In this document: positions 11,302 through 21,192 of the stretch, piece after piece
How positions within the stretch are numbered: the first letter of the stretch is position 1
Layout: every line of letters begins with the position of its first letter
Made by a program: the position numbers and the translations under genes
Source of the DNA: a virus
Direction: 5' to 3' (one strand)
DNA length: 64,000 nucleotides
Virus record (IMG/VR): IMGVR_UViG_3300050821_003663
Location: 1-64,000 of that record
Notes under the pieces: model-generated
Seen by the model: only the letters and a program-made list of their open reading frames with translations
Databases searched by the model: none
What the model was told of the DNA's origin: nothing

Positions 11302-11397
11302 ATTTTCCTGTTGCAAAGTTTGGAAGATTCAATAATCATTCCCACTAGTGAAAGGCATTCGAAGCGACCATCGGCCCTAGCCGGAGCGGTCAAATCA

Positions 11398-11436
11398 GCC
11401 ACCCGAGACGCGAGTCTTTGGTGGTTTTTGTTTTTC
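11398..11436 (+). terminator. Intrinsic terminator
   Basis: GCCACC...GGTGGT stem with inner AGAC-GCGA-GTCT, followed by TTTTGTTTTT. Confidence 0.65.
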
Positions 11437-11564
11437 ACGAGATCCCCGGTGATTCCGGGAATCGCTGATTGTACGGCGGTGAGAGGCCGCCCGAGGACAA
11501 CCGAATACCCCGGTTGCATCCTTGGAAAAAAACCCAGGGCGATACACCCGGAAAGGAAACGACC

Positions 11565-11615
11565 ATGATCGCACGTGGAAAAAAGCGCGGTAAGCACCGT
11601 GGCGGCAAGCGCTAA
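11565..11615 (+). CDS. 16-aa basic micropeptide MIARGKKRGKHRGGKR
   Basis: AAAGGA RBS, TAA-TAG double stop, in head module. Confidence 0.55.
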   Translation: MIARGKKRGKHRGGKR

Positions 11616-11705
11616 TAGCGCTTCCACCCAAGCCCCGTAAGGGGTCAACCAGTTCGGGGGTGGGGTAAAACCCACCCCAAACTAAAGCAGCAAAGGGAGT
11701 CGATC

Positions 11706-11909
11706 ATGGCGAAGGGCGATATGAAGACGGGCATGAGCAGCACGATTGGATGTGGCGGACACCACGAGCCAACGAAGGCGCCCGCGCTCGCCAAGGCGAA
11801 ATTCCAGCAGGTCGGAACCTTCATTGATGAAGGCGACATGACGACTACGATGCCGCGTGGCACGAGCGTCAACTCGAAGACCGGAAAACTGCAGAACGGC
11901 GAGAACTAA
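11706..11909 (+). CDS. Small head-module protein
   Basis: AAGGGAG RBS. Confidence 0.7.
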   Translation: MAKGDMKTGMSSTIGCGGHHEPTKAPALAKAKFQQVGTFIDEGDMTTTMPRGTSVNSKTGKLQNGEN

Positions 11910-11913
11910 ACTC

Positions 11914-12261
11914 ATGGCCGGTATGGAGCGTCCACCGGTATCGCCGCAGGTACAAGCCCAGATGGGGCCGCCTGGAGGGGGACCGGAATTCGGGAATGGA
12001 ATCGCTCAGGCGCAACAGGGGATGGACAAGAACCCGGTTGAACTTGGGGTCTCGACAGTCGAGAAGATTTTGATGGGGCTGCAGGATGAAACGTTCCGCC
12101 CCTACGCCGACAAGGCGCTCGCCACACTGAAGGTTGGTTTGGCGATGGTGAAACAGAAGCAACCCCAATCGGGAGCTGGCATGGGCCAGCCGCCGGGACC
12201 GGGAGCAGGACCGCAGCAACCACCAAATGGACCGCCAATACCGGGTCCGATGGCTGGGTAG
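11914..12261 (+). CDS. Pro/Gly/Gln-rich head-module protein
   Basis: ORF between portal and scaffold. Confidence 0.7.
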   Translation: MAGMERPPVSPQVQAQMGPPGGGPEFGNGIAQAQQGMDKNPVELGVSTVEKILMGLQDETFRPYADKALATLKVGLAMVKQKQPQSGAGMGQPPGPGAGPQQPPNGPPIPGPMAG

Positions 12262-12323
12262 GAAAATCGCACCGGAGCCCTATGGAGCCCTGAATCTAGG
12301 GAAGTAGGGAAGGGGATGAACCG

Positions 12324-13268
12324 ATGGCAGTGAAGACGTTGGCTGAAGTTTTAGCGGGCCTCAGTGGTCCTGAAAAAGAGCTCTTCGAGAAAACTCTCAA
12401 AGCAAACCCCGAGCTTGCCGATGGCTGGACTCGTCAGGACGACTACAGCCGGAAGATGAATGATCTGAAGGCGAAGGAAGCCGAGTACGAGGAAGCAAAA
12501 TCGTACAACGACCGGATGAAGACGTGGGCCGATGTGAACGTTCCCCGTTGGGAAGACCTTGAAGAGAAGGGTTACATCAACAAGGAAACCGGCGAAGAGA
12601 CGGTTACCGAGCGGTTGACCACGCTGAATAAAGAGCTGGAAGAAGCGAAAAAGCAAGCGTTGGCAGGAGGGGAAATGGACCCAGCAGAGCTGGATCGTCG
12701 CGTACAGGAAATCGTGAAGAACGCCGGCGTCCTCACGAAAGAGGAATATGCCGCCGTTGCCCGCGAGGAAGCGGCCAAGTTGGCCAAAGAGCAGATCGAC
12801 ACTCGCTTCACTGCGGAGGAAGAGAAGTTCAACAAGAACACGATCCCGTTTGTGACTGGGTTCGCAACAGCCACGGCCATCTTTGCGAATAAGTTCACGA
12901 GCGAGACTGGGCAGGAGTGGGACGTCGAGAAGCAGAAGGAACTCTTCGAGATGATGGGCAAGGAGAACAACTTCGACGCCTATAAGGTTGGTCCGAAGAT
13001 GTTGGAGCGATACAAGAGCGCGAAGCAGCTCACCGATCAGGGCGAAGAAGTCAAGCGTCTCCGGGAGGAGAATGAGCGGCTGAAGGCTGGACGAGCTGGA
13101 GGCGGGTTGCCAGGAGGCGGAGACGAGCCGTACATTCCTCAGCCACCAGGTAAGGGCAACATCGCGAAGATGATGGAGCGGCAGGAAAACGCTCCGGACT
13201 TTGAGAGTTTGATTATGAATCAGGCCCGCAAGGGTGCCGTGGAGTTGGCGGCCGAGGGCAAGACTTAG
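12324..13268 (+). CDS. Capsid scaffolding protein
   Basis: Charged coiled coil with RQDDYSRKM motif, directly upstream of MCP. Confidence 0.75.
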   Translation: MAVKTLAEVLAGLSGPEKELFEKTLKANPELADGWTRQDDYSRKMNDLKAKEAEYEEAKSYNDRMKTWADVNVPRWEDLEEKGYINKETGEETVTERLTTLNKELEEAKKQALAGGEMDPAELDRRVQEIVKNAGVLTKEEYAAVAREEAAKLAKEQIDTRFTAEEEKFNKNTIPFVTGFATATAIFANKFTSETGQEWDVEKQKELFEMMGKENNFDAYKVGPKMLERYKSAKQLTDQGEEVKRLREENERLKAGRAGGGLPGGGDEPYIPQPPGKGNIAKMMERQENAPDFESLIMNQARKGAVELAAEGKT

Positions 13269-13447
13269 TAGCAAAGGGTTGTGAAGCTGCATTCTGAGCA
13301 GGAAGCGTGGTTCTCACGCGGAGCCTCGAAGGATCGCAGGGATGGGTTGGACGGGAAGCGGCAGACGCAGAGCCCGACATACCTGATGTTGACCGGCCAA
13401 AAGCCGATTGATCTCTGTACCTGATAGGACGACGAGGAGAACCACCA

Positions 13448-14416
13448 ATGCTTACGTGGAATGACGTCACCGGCAAGACAAACGACCTGATTGTTCCGTA
13501 TTTGACGGACAACGTGTTCAAGAACTCGCCGCCCTTCACCCGCCTGAAGAACAAGAGGCGCTTTGGCTTCCCAGGCGGCCTGACGATTCGCCACAACATC
13601 ATGTACGCGCCGTTGAAGGGTGGATTCTTCCAGCGCGGACAGGCGTTCGACACCTCAGCCGTCCAGACTGACACTGCGCTGCAGTTCAACCTGAAGTACG
13701 CCTACGTCAACGTGACGATCTATGGCGTGGACCAGGTGTTGAACCGTGGCACGGAAGCGGCCATGAGCTTCGTTGGTTCGAAGATGATTAACGCTTCGGG
13801 CACGATGGCTCAGATCCTCGCGACGTCTCTCTACGGCGATGGTCAGGGCACGAAGAACTCGACGCTGGAGTTGGATGGCTTCAATGCGGCCATCAACATC
13901 CCGACAAACTACGCCACCTATGGCGGCATCACTCGCACCGACATCGCGACCGCTGCGAACACGGGCATCAACGCCTACTACGCAGCGCCGTCGGCTTTCT
14001 CCCTCTCGGCCGTGCAGACCGCATTCGGTTCGGCATGGTTCGGCCAGGAGAAGCCGGATATGCTTTGCACGACGCAGCCGGTGTGGGATGCGTTCTGGAA
14101 CAAGCTTCAGCCACAGCAGCGCTTCAACGACGAGACAAGCGACGTCCACGTTGGATTCCGGTCCTTCTTCTGGAACGGTGCGCAGGTTGTGGTCGACCAG
14201 TACCTCAACATTTTGGGCGGGCCGTACACGATCTTCGGCCTCAACACGAACTACATCTATCTGTATGTCTCCGACGTGCAGAAGTACCAGTTCGGCTTCA
14301 CCGGTTGGAAGGAAGCACAGAACACCGACGACGTGGCAGGGCAGTACATGTTCGGCGGCAATCTGGTTGTGGCAGCCCCACGGCTTATGTTCCAGCTTGC
14401 ATTCAGCGCTCTGTAA
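13448..14416 (+). CDS. Major capsid protein
   Basis: 322 aa; LTDNVFKNSP, GGLTIRHNIMY, TYGGITR, LQPQQRF motifs; strong GAGGAG RBS. Confidence 0.9.
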   Translation: MLTWNDVTGKTNDLIVPYLTDNVFKNSPPFTRLKNKRRFGFPGGLTIRHNIMYAPLKGGFFQRGQAFDTSAVQTDTALQFNLKYAYVNVTIYGVDQVLNRGTEAAMSFVGSKMINASGTMAQILATSLYGDGQGTKNSTLELDGFNAAINIPTNYATYGGITRTDIATAANTGINAYYAAPSAFSLSAVQTAFGSAWFGQEKPDMLCTTQPVWDAFWNKLQPQQRFNDETSDVHVGFRSFFWNGAQVVVDQYLNILGGPYTIFGLNTNYIYLYVSDVQKYQFGFTGWKEAQNTDDVAGQYMFGGNLVVAAPRLMFQLAFSAL

Positions 14417-14473
14417 AGGCAGGGCGTAACAAAGCGGTAAAGCAGCCTTCGGGCTGGGAAGAGGACAACGACA

Positions 14474-15088
14474 ATGGCATGGTTCGGACCTTCAAATCAG
14501 CTCATCCAGATCAGCACTGGCTCGACGCGCACCCAGTTTTACAATAAGAGCCAATCGCCTATCCAGGTATATGCCGACATCGGAAACGTGCAGGTTCCCG
14601 GCCAGCGCTATTTCAGCTTGACGAACACGACGCCCGCGAACCCGTTCGGTTCACCGTCGATCTACATGCTCGTCAACTATCTGTCGACGTCCGCGCTGAC
14701 GACTGGCAATCTTGCGGCGGGTCCAGCTCCGGTTTACTGGACGGACAACACCTTCACCACGGTCACCGGCATCACGACGGAGAGCCTGGGCATCAACTTC
14801 CCTGCGGGATACATGATGCTCAACACCACCGACCTGACGACGCTGACGGCAGCGCAGGTTGTTGGAGCGCAGATCTTCATCTGCGTAGCTGGCTACGTCA
14901 AGGGCGCGTTTGCTCCCACTTCGGGAACGGCCGGCATCGGCAACTTCATCGAGCCTCTGGCTGGAACGTTCAGCTCGCAGAGCGTTGTGGCTGGAACGGC
15001 ACCGGGATACACCTTGCTCGGCCGGCAGCTCACGGCTATCGCCAGCGGCCTGTGCGACGTTCTGGTAAACGGCGAAGACATCATCTAA
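14474..15088 (+). CDS. Capsid decoration/cement protein
   Basis: Thr/Gly-rich beta protein following MCP. Confidence 0.6.
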   Translation: MAWFGPSNQLIQISTGSTRTQFYNKSQSPIQVYADIGNVQVPGQRYFSLTNTTPANPFGSPSIYMLVNYLSTSALTTGNLAAGPAPVYWTDNTFTTVTGITTESLGINFPAGYMMLNTTDLTTLTAAQVVGAQIFICVAGYVKGAFAPTSGTAGIGNFIEPLAGTFSSQSVVAGTAPGYTLLGRQLTAIASGLCDVLVNGEDII

Positions 15089-15100
15089 GGGAGAGTTTCA

Positions 15101-15460
15101 ATGGCGACGTACACACTCACGAAAATCCCGGACGGCGATGTAAACTTCGGCAATCAAAACGGAGAGTACGTCGATCTGCAGCCGGGGACTTCGGACTACG
15201 CAACCAGCGGGTATGCCATCATCGACGGCGTGTCAGCGGTTGATAACCCGACGCTGTTGAGCTCGGTGAACTGCGACATGTACAACGTAGTCGCGGCGAT
15301 CCCTGTGGCGAACGAAGGCGGATACGTGCTGCAGTTCCAGAGTGCAACCAAGAAGGTGAAGGTCATGCAGCAGAGCGCAGCGACCGGGCCTTTGACGGAG
15401 GTTCCTGCGAACACGAACCTTGCAGCGCAGACGTTCCGGTTGCTTCTGATCGGCACGTAG
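15101..15460 (+). CDS. Minor capsid/decoration protein
   Basis: DYATSGY and LTEVPANTNL motifs; follows MCP. Confidence 0.6.
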   Translation: MATYTLTKIPDGDVNFGNQNGEYVDLQPGTSDYATSGYAIIDGVSAVDNPTLLSSVNCDMYNVVAAIPVANEGGYVLQFQSATKKVKVMQQSAATGPLTEVPANTNLAAQTFRLLLIGT

Positions 15461-15485
15461 AGGGGTTGAACCCAGAGACCACACC

Positions 15486-15513
15486 AGGCTGCTTTCGGGC
15501 AGCCTGTTGTATT
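15486..15513 (+). terminator. Intrinsic terminator after capsid genes
   Basis: CAGGCTGCT-TTCG-GGCAGCCTG hairpin plus TTGTATT. Confidence 0.75.
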
Positions 15514-15520
15514 GGAGGGG

Positions 15521-15646
15521 ATGATGCCAAAGCGGAGACGGAGTACGCGGATGGGCGGCGGGAAGTCGTATGCTAAGGGTGACTCGGCGAAAGAGATGAA
15601 GGCGTTTCGGGAGCAGAAGAAGCGGTTGAAGTCGTCAGGGAGATAA
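15521..15646 (+). CDS. 41-aa basic peptide (MMPKRRRSTR...)
   Basis: GGAGGGG RBS; stop abuts next ATG. Confidence 0.6.
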   Translation: MMPKRRRSTRMGGGKSYAKGDSAKEMKAFREQKKRLKSSGR

Positions 15647-16645
15647 ATGCCGGTAGTCTACTCAAATCCCACGTATCCGTATCAGGTGTCCTTCGGGGGC
15701 GTCAAGGCCCCATCCACGCAGTTAAACTACCGGCAGATGTTGTCGGAGGTGACGCAGTGGAATCCGGATCTCGATCCACAGGTAGCCGGCCGATTCATCA
15801 ACAACTATTACCGGAAGGTGATTGACCGGCGGAGCTGGTATGGACTGAAGCTGAAGGCGTACGCATTTGTGCCTCAGCCGATTACTGCCGGCCAAGTGAA
15901 TGTGACGTACGGCAATCCGATTGTGACGGGCATCGGCACGAATTGGAGTACGGCGCCTTACGGTCAGGTGGGATCGTTGGTGGGACAGCAATTCAGAACG
16001 AGCTTCACGAACGTGTATCAGGACATCGTGAACGTGATCGACGCGACACACCTGCAGCTCGCGACACCTTACGCAGCGCAGAACCTTACGCAGAGCGGCT
16101 ACCAGATCGTGCTCAACGTGCTGGACTTTGGCGGCAATGTGAAGCGGATACTGTGGGCGGTGAACCAGCAGATGGGCTGGCCGATGGAAGTGAACGTACC
16201 GGTGCAGACGGGAAATTTCTGGGATGTGTGGCGGACGTCGCTGGGGTGGTCGACGATGATGATGACGCGGCCGCCTTCACCTGGGGGATCTCTTCTAGTC
16301 GAAGTGTGGCCAACGCCATACTCGCAGCAAACGTTCCCGCTGGAGGCTTACCAGATGCCTCCGGTGCTAGTGAATGACAACGACTCATGCGTGTCGTGGA
16401 TCCCGACGGACTTGATTGTGAAGCGGGCGAGCGTAGACGCGATCTATCACCCGAGCAATAAGAAGCGGGATGCATTCGCTCTGCAGACGGCCAGAGACTT
16501 CCGCGAGGAGTTCAGCGCACGGCTGGAGGAGGCGGAGCAGTCCGACAACGATATGGACCAGCAGGACGTCACGTGGGATTACGGGCAGGAGGATGGACGA
16601 ATTGGGTTCGGGCCGGGTTCTACGTGGCAGCAAATGCATGACTAG
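15647..16645 (+). CDS. Head-tail adaptor-like structural protein
   Basis: FINNYYRKVIDRRSWY and VEVWPTP motifs with inserted VTGIGTNW beta domain. Confidence 0.65.
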   Translation: MPVVYSNPTYPYQVSFGGVKAPSTQLNYRQMLSEVTQWNPDLDPQVAGRFINNYYRKVIDRRSWYGLKLKAYAFVPQPITAGQVNVTYGNPIVTGIGTNWSTAPYGQVGSLVGQQFRTSFTNVYQDIVNVIDATHLQLATPYAAQNLTQSGYQIVLNVLDFGGNVKRILWAVNQQMGWPMEVNVPVQTGNFWDVWRTSLGWSTMMMTRPPSPGGSLLVEVWPTPYSQQTFPLEAYQMPPVLVNDNDSCVSWIPTDLIVKRASVDAIYHPSNKKRDAFALQTARDFREEFSARLEEAEQSDNDMDQQDVTWDYGQEDGRIGFGPGSTWQQMHD

Positions 16646-16651
16646 AGCATA

Positions 16652-17697
16652 ATGAGTGGTGACATGGAAAAGATGTTCTGCGCAAACGAGAATTGCATCA
16701 AGCACAAGGAGCACGCTGGCGGCAAGTTCAAGCTGGTGGGCGGGCAGTGGCTTTGTCAGGACTGTGCGGAGTGGGCGGGAACGGGAGTGGTCTTCAACAA
16801 GGGCAAGAACCTCTTCCAGTTTTCGACGACACACTTCAACGGCCGCCGGATTGACGTGAAGGGGCTGGGACATCTTCGGAAACTGGAGAAGGAGTTCGGT
16901 GTGAGTTCAGTGGTAGCGAACAACATGGAAAGGAACTTTGACCGTCATGGCTAAGGAACGAGGGCAGTGGCCGGCGCAGACGCGGCAAGAGAAGTTCGTG
17001 CAGCCAGGTGAGAATGTGGACACAGTCCCGAGCAATGCGGTGCCACGGTCGCACGAGTTCGATTTGATGCCGACGATGAGCCGTACGCGCATCGGGGCGT
17101 GGGGCGATGAGCAAACACACACCGTTGGCCGCCGGGGTAACAAGGTGACGGAAGGGAAGAACTACTAACATGCAGCGAACCTTCGGATTGCAGACATTGA
17201 CGGGAACCGCGCAGCCTTTGTTTGGCGACGTGATGACGGCTGCGATGATTCTTCCGCAGGCGAACGGTGTAGGCATTATCACGGTCGCGAACAACAAGAT
17301 CTACGAGCCGGGAGACAGGCTGCTACTCGATCCCGAGGCTGCAGACCAAGACATCGTTCTTGTCCAACAGCGAGTTCCCGCGAGCACTACCCAGCTCTAT
17401 GTGATCTCCGAGGGCGGAGTGGTCTTGAATCCTCACGCCAACGGCACGGTGATCGCGTTGTCGATTCCCGCCGGCGACGTGGTGGTGCAGGCGAACTTCG
17501 GTGTAACCAACGCGATCTATCTCGGCAAAGACAATACGATCACGAATGCCGGGGTGGGGAATGTGGTCTACAACGTGACGCCGAACACGCCGTTTCGGGC
17601 GACGTACAGCGGGACGCACAACACAGTGCGGACGTCGGACTTCTGGATTGTAGGGACGGCTGCAGACAAATTCATAGCTTCGGCGAATCAGATATAA
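16652..17697 (+). CDS. Three virion-module proteins (16652-16954 Zn-finger/FmdB-like; 16947-17168; 17170-17697 beta-rich)
   Basis: Coupled ORFs in structural operon. Confidence 0.6.
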
Positions 17698-17709
17698 GGG
17701 GGTTGGTCG

Positions 17710-18381
17710 ATGACCCTCAACGACTTGCTGGCAGATATTCTCGGGAGAATCGAAGAGAATGTCGAAAACGGTCCTATTTTCTGGGACTTAGTGGGCGAAG
17801 TCTATCCTATGATGGTTGACGGGATGAATGAGGCTGCGCTCGTCACGGGGACGGTCCAGTCGGTAAGCCAGCCTTTTGTTATACCCGCGAACACCACCTA
17901 CTTCAATGTTCCACGTGGAACAATTGCCCCCCTCCGGATGCGGGCGCCTTATCCGATCAGGAAGGCGAGCTTGCGCGGCCTGGACGATATGGAACCGAAC
18001 TGGCAGACGCAGACGCCGGGGACGCAGATCCGGGTGTGGTTTCCGCTCGGGGTTACAAGATTTGGGATCTTTCCGCAGCTCGCGGCGAACTCCACGGTCA
18101 TTATGGACTTCATCGCGAGCCCGGTACAGCAGGCGCGGCCGTACAGCGGTGCGGTAGCGATTCCGTTCCAGCAGGAGTTTACGGATGCTTTTAGCGAGTA
18201 CGGTGCTGCCATGCTTAGGGCCAAGGAGGGCGGTGCTGAGGCCGAGGAGGCGTCGGTGGTGTATCAGGAGTATATGGAGAAGATGAAAGCCCTGAGCGCC
18301 TTCCAGGGCCGTCTGGACGCGCTAGTGATGACGTCTACGTGGGGCGGTAAAGCGATGACGAACCCAAGGAAGGCAGTTTAG
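17710..18381 (+). CDS. Head-tail adaptor-like protein
   Basis: MTLNDLLADILGRI start, FGIFPQ motif, C-terminal helices. Confidence 0.65.
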   Translation: MTLNDLLADILGRIEENVENGPIFWDLVGEVYPMMVDGMNEAALVTGTVQSVSQPFVIPANTTYFNVPRGTIAPLRMRAPYPIRKASLRGLDDMEPNWQTQTPGTQIRVWFPLGVTRFGIFPQLAANSTVIMDFIASPVQQARPYSGAVAIPFQQEFTDAFSEYGAAMLRAKEGGAEAEEASVVYQEYMEKMKALSAFQGRLDALVMTSTWGGKAMTNPRKAV

Positions 18382-18690
18382 GTGGCGAAGCTATACCAAT
18401 ACGAGCCGGGACTTCTCGTGTTCCACTGTCCGGGGTGTGGCTATGACCACCCCTTCCACGTGGCTCCACAGCGGCGGGAGCGGCGGGCAGATGGTAGTGA
18501 AGCCCCCCTGTGGGAGTGGAATGGTTCGATGGACAAGCCAACGTTCACGCCGTCTCTACTTTGCAACAAGGACTTCCCGGACAAGCGGTGCCATTCGTAC
18601 GTGACCGACGGGAAGATCCAGTTTCTCGGGGACTGCTTTCATAAGCTAGCCGGTCAAACGGTTGAGATTCCAGAGTGGGAGGACAACTAG
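18382..18690 (+). CDS. DUF6527-like Zn-binding protein
   Basis: FHCPGCGYDH, WNGSMDKPTFTPSL, RCHSYVTDGKIQFLGDC. Confidence 0.75.
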   Translation: MAKLYQYEPGLLVFHCPGCGYDHPFHVAPQRRERRADGSEAPLWEWNGSMDKPTFTPSLLCNKDFPDKRCHSYVTDGKIQFLGDCFHKLAGQTVEIPEWEDN

Positions 18691-18840
18691 GTGAGAAAAG
18701 TCGAAGTCAACAAGAAAGAATTTGACCGCCTATGGCTGGTTGCGGACCCACAGTATCGACAGTCAGTAGACGGCGCACCAGCGGTCGTTCTCAAATCTCA
18801 AGACGTCTACTACGTCTGCGATATCACAAAGGGGGACTAG
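18691..18840 (+). CDS. 49-aa hypothetical protein
   Basis: GTG start with GGAGG; fills gap exactly. Confidence 0.55.
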   Translation: MRKVEVNKKEFDRLWLVADPQYRQSVDGAPAVVLKSQDVYYVCDITKGD

Positions 18841-19716
18841 GTGGCGCCAGCGGCCGGCATCGGGTATCTCTTGGTCAACGACATCCTGACGGACGTCGCG
18901 TTCGCGCTGGTACAGCCAAGCGTGAATACGGTCGTACCTGGTGGGGGATTCGCGGCGGGAGCGCAGACGGTAAATGTTTTCGACCGGTCGATGTATGTCG
19001 GAGCGCAGATCCTTGTGGGAGTGCTCGGGACGGATCTTGAGGTGGTGACGATCACAGCGGTCAATGTGGGAGTATCCTTCACGGCAACCTTTGCGAACGC
19101 ACATGCGGCGGGCGAGCCGATCCTTGGCGCTACCTTCCCGGTCAGGCAGATAAGTGACCAGCTCTTCACGCAGGCGGAGATGCTGACGTACATCTCAAAT
19201 GCGGTGAACGATCTCTTGGCGGACTGCCCGCTGATTCAGCAGATCGTGGATCTCGATATCGCGCCGACGGAGCAGATCACAGCGCTGCCGGCGGACAGCC
19301 AGAAGCCGTTGAGGGTTGCTGCGTACGGTCTACCGCTGCGGGAGAGCTCGCAGAGCAATCTGGATTCGATGGATTACACGTGGAACCAGCAGGCGCAGGC
19401 AACGCCGTACGTGTATTTCCGCGACAAGGTAGGGCTGCAGAATATCGGCACCTGGCCGGTAATGGGAAACACCACGCCAATCGAGGTGATCTACGAGCAG
19501 CGGAGCGCAACTCTCTTGGGGTTGGCAGATGGGTTTATAGTCCCGGATCCATTTTTGTTGTATGCAAAGTACAAAACGCTGGCCTACGCCTATTCGAAGG
19601 ATGGGGAGCAGCGCAATCCGGGACTCGCCAAGTATTACACAGACCGGTATGCGTTCGGAGTCAAGATTTGTTCGGTATTCCTCGAAGTAGTGATGGACCC
19701 AAATCTGGAGAGTTAG
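18841..19716 (+). CDS. Adaptor-like structural protein
   Basis: FTQAEMLTYISNA, IGTWPV, YAYSKDGEQ motifs. Confidence 0.65.
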   Translation: MAPAAGIGYLLVNDILTDVAFALVQPSVNTVVPGGGFAAGAQTVNVFDRSMYVGAQILVGVLGTDLEVVTITAVNVGVSFTATFANAHAAGEPILGATFPVRQISDQLFTQAEMLTYISNAVNDLLADCPLIQQIVDLDIAPTEQITALPADSQKPLRVAAYGLPLRESSQSNLDSMDYTWNQQAQATPYVYFRDKVGLQNIGTWPVMGNTTPIEVIYEQRSATLLGLADGFIVPDPFLLYAKYKTLAYAYSKDGEQRNPGLAKYYTDRYAFGVKICSVFLEVVMDPNLES

Positions 19717-20793
19717 GGAGCTTCCAGCGGTCCTCAGCAAAGTGCGGTTCAATCGAAGACCAACGCTTTCGCCATAGAGTCTTGAAGTACATCTGACCTT
19801 CCGGCGTCAACCACCCCTTACGGTGTTTATATCCGAGCTCAAACTGCTTGACGATAATACCTTCGGACCAGTCGTAATCGTCCCAAATGAAGACTAAGCC
19901 GAACCACGGAACGATCACTTTGAAGTGGAATCCGAAGAGGGGAAGCCACCGCTGGCCGTCGCGCCATGTCACCCAAACCCCAAAGTTCCAGAGGTAGAGG
20001 AACCAAGTGATCGGAGAATGGGGGCGTCCGAGTAGGCGCTCAGGGACGCGAAGATTGAACCCTTTGGTTTGGCTGAAGAGAAGCATCAGATCCTTACCTT
20101 CGCATCAGCAGATCGCCGGTAGGCGTCGTAGTCGAAGTAGCGGAAGCCGCGAAATCCGCTCATGTAGACGCGGTGCGGAGCTTTCTCGAAGAGGTTGCAG
20201 ATTGCCACCCAGTTGTCAGGCTTGATTTGCCAATCGCTCTCACCACCATCCAACCGCCCCAGTCGAGGGAGAGATCCATCGTTGATGACGACCTCGATAA
20301 CCATGAACGAGCCGAGGATGCGGCCGCGATAAGTGAACCACAGCTTCTCTAACTTTTGCTTCGGCTTGCCGCGACCGAGCGTGTAGTAGAAGTGCGTCCA
20401 CGGAGCGTTGAGCGCGAAGATCCTCGCTACGATCTTCGGTTCGATGAACGCCGGCCACGTCTTGATGATGTCCATGTAGGCATAATAATACGCCTAGTGT
20501 CGGAGGGCGGCGTGAGCGTGGAGGTGGTCGATGATCTCCTGCGGAATCTCCGAAAGGTGCTCGAAGGTGGGGCAGCCCGAGCCAGCGCACCCAGGCTCGG
20601 TGCATTCATACCAGACGAGCCTAGTTCCAGGAAACCGATTGAGGTAGAAGCGCACAGCCTTCGGCAGCTCGGACTCTACGGGTTCACCCGCAATCATCGC
20701 GGCTGACATCGAGCTATGGACGGGGACGCTGACCCACTGCAGGACTTCCATTCCGAAAATAATAGCACTACCGGCAAGGGCGAATTGCTCCAA
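19661..20793 (-). CDS. Reverse-strand accessory genes (19661-20086, 20086-20475, 20494-20793)
   Basis: Coupled minus-strand ORFs; 20475 ATG lies 6 nt after TATTAT (probably leaderless). Confidence 0.6.
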
Positions 20794-20974
20794 TAGAACC
20801 GATGCCTGCCATGCCGGCGAGGAAGTAGATCAGGTAGATGCACACCGCTACGATCACGACCACGCGGATAATCCGCTGGATGGTTGCGTCCATAGGGATC
20901 TGCGTGATGGCCCAGAGAATCAGGCCGACGATAGCAAGGACCACGAGGAGTCCGATAAGACCTGCTGGGAACAT
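20768..20974 (-). CDS. Small two-helix membrane protein (Thivi_2564-like)
   Basis: GAGGTG RBS; LIGLLVVLAIVGLILWAITQIPM pattern. Confidence 0.7.
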   Translation of the reverse strand: MFPAGLIGLLVVLAIVGLILWAITQIPMDATIQRIIRVVVIVAVCIYLIYFLAGMAGIGSIGAIRPCR

Positions 20975-21000
20975 GATTGTCACCTCAGCGTAGTGAGATG

Positions 21001-21135
21001 CAAAAAGATACCCACGGAGGCAAAGCCGTGGGTATCTTGCAGGACAACTAAGAAGGTTGTGGGCGTTCCACGAATCAAAGCCTGCCAAGGTCTGCGAATC
21101 GTAAAGGAACTAAAGGCGTCCTCGCACCGCCCACA
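21001..21135 (-). ncRNA. Candidate ~135-nt sRNA or terminated leader
   Basis: TTGCAA-N17-TATACT promoter, 5' stem TGTGGGCG/CGCCCACA, terminator AAGATACCCACGG...CCGTGGGTATCTTTTT. Confidence 0.55.
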
Positions 21136-21140
21136 GGAAA

Positions 21141-21192
21141 AGTATACCTACAGCGTTTTCTTGTTGCAAGAATTTTCGAACTAATTTATGTT
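21141..21192. promoter_or_regulatory. Back-to-back sigma70-type promoters sharing a palindromic -35
   Basis: TTGCAA 21164-21169 with TATACT (minus) and TATGTT (plus), each 17 nt away. Confidence 0.6.
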
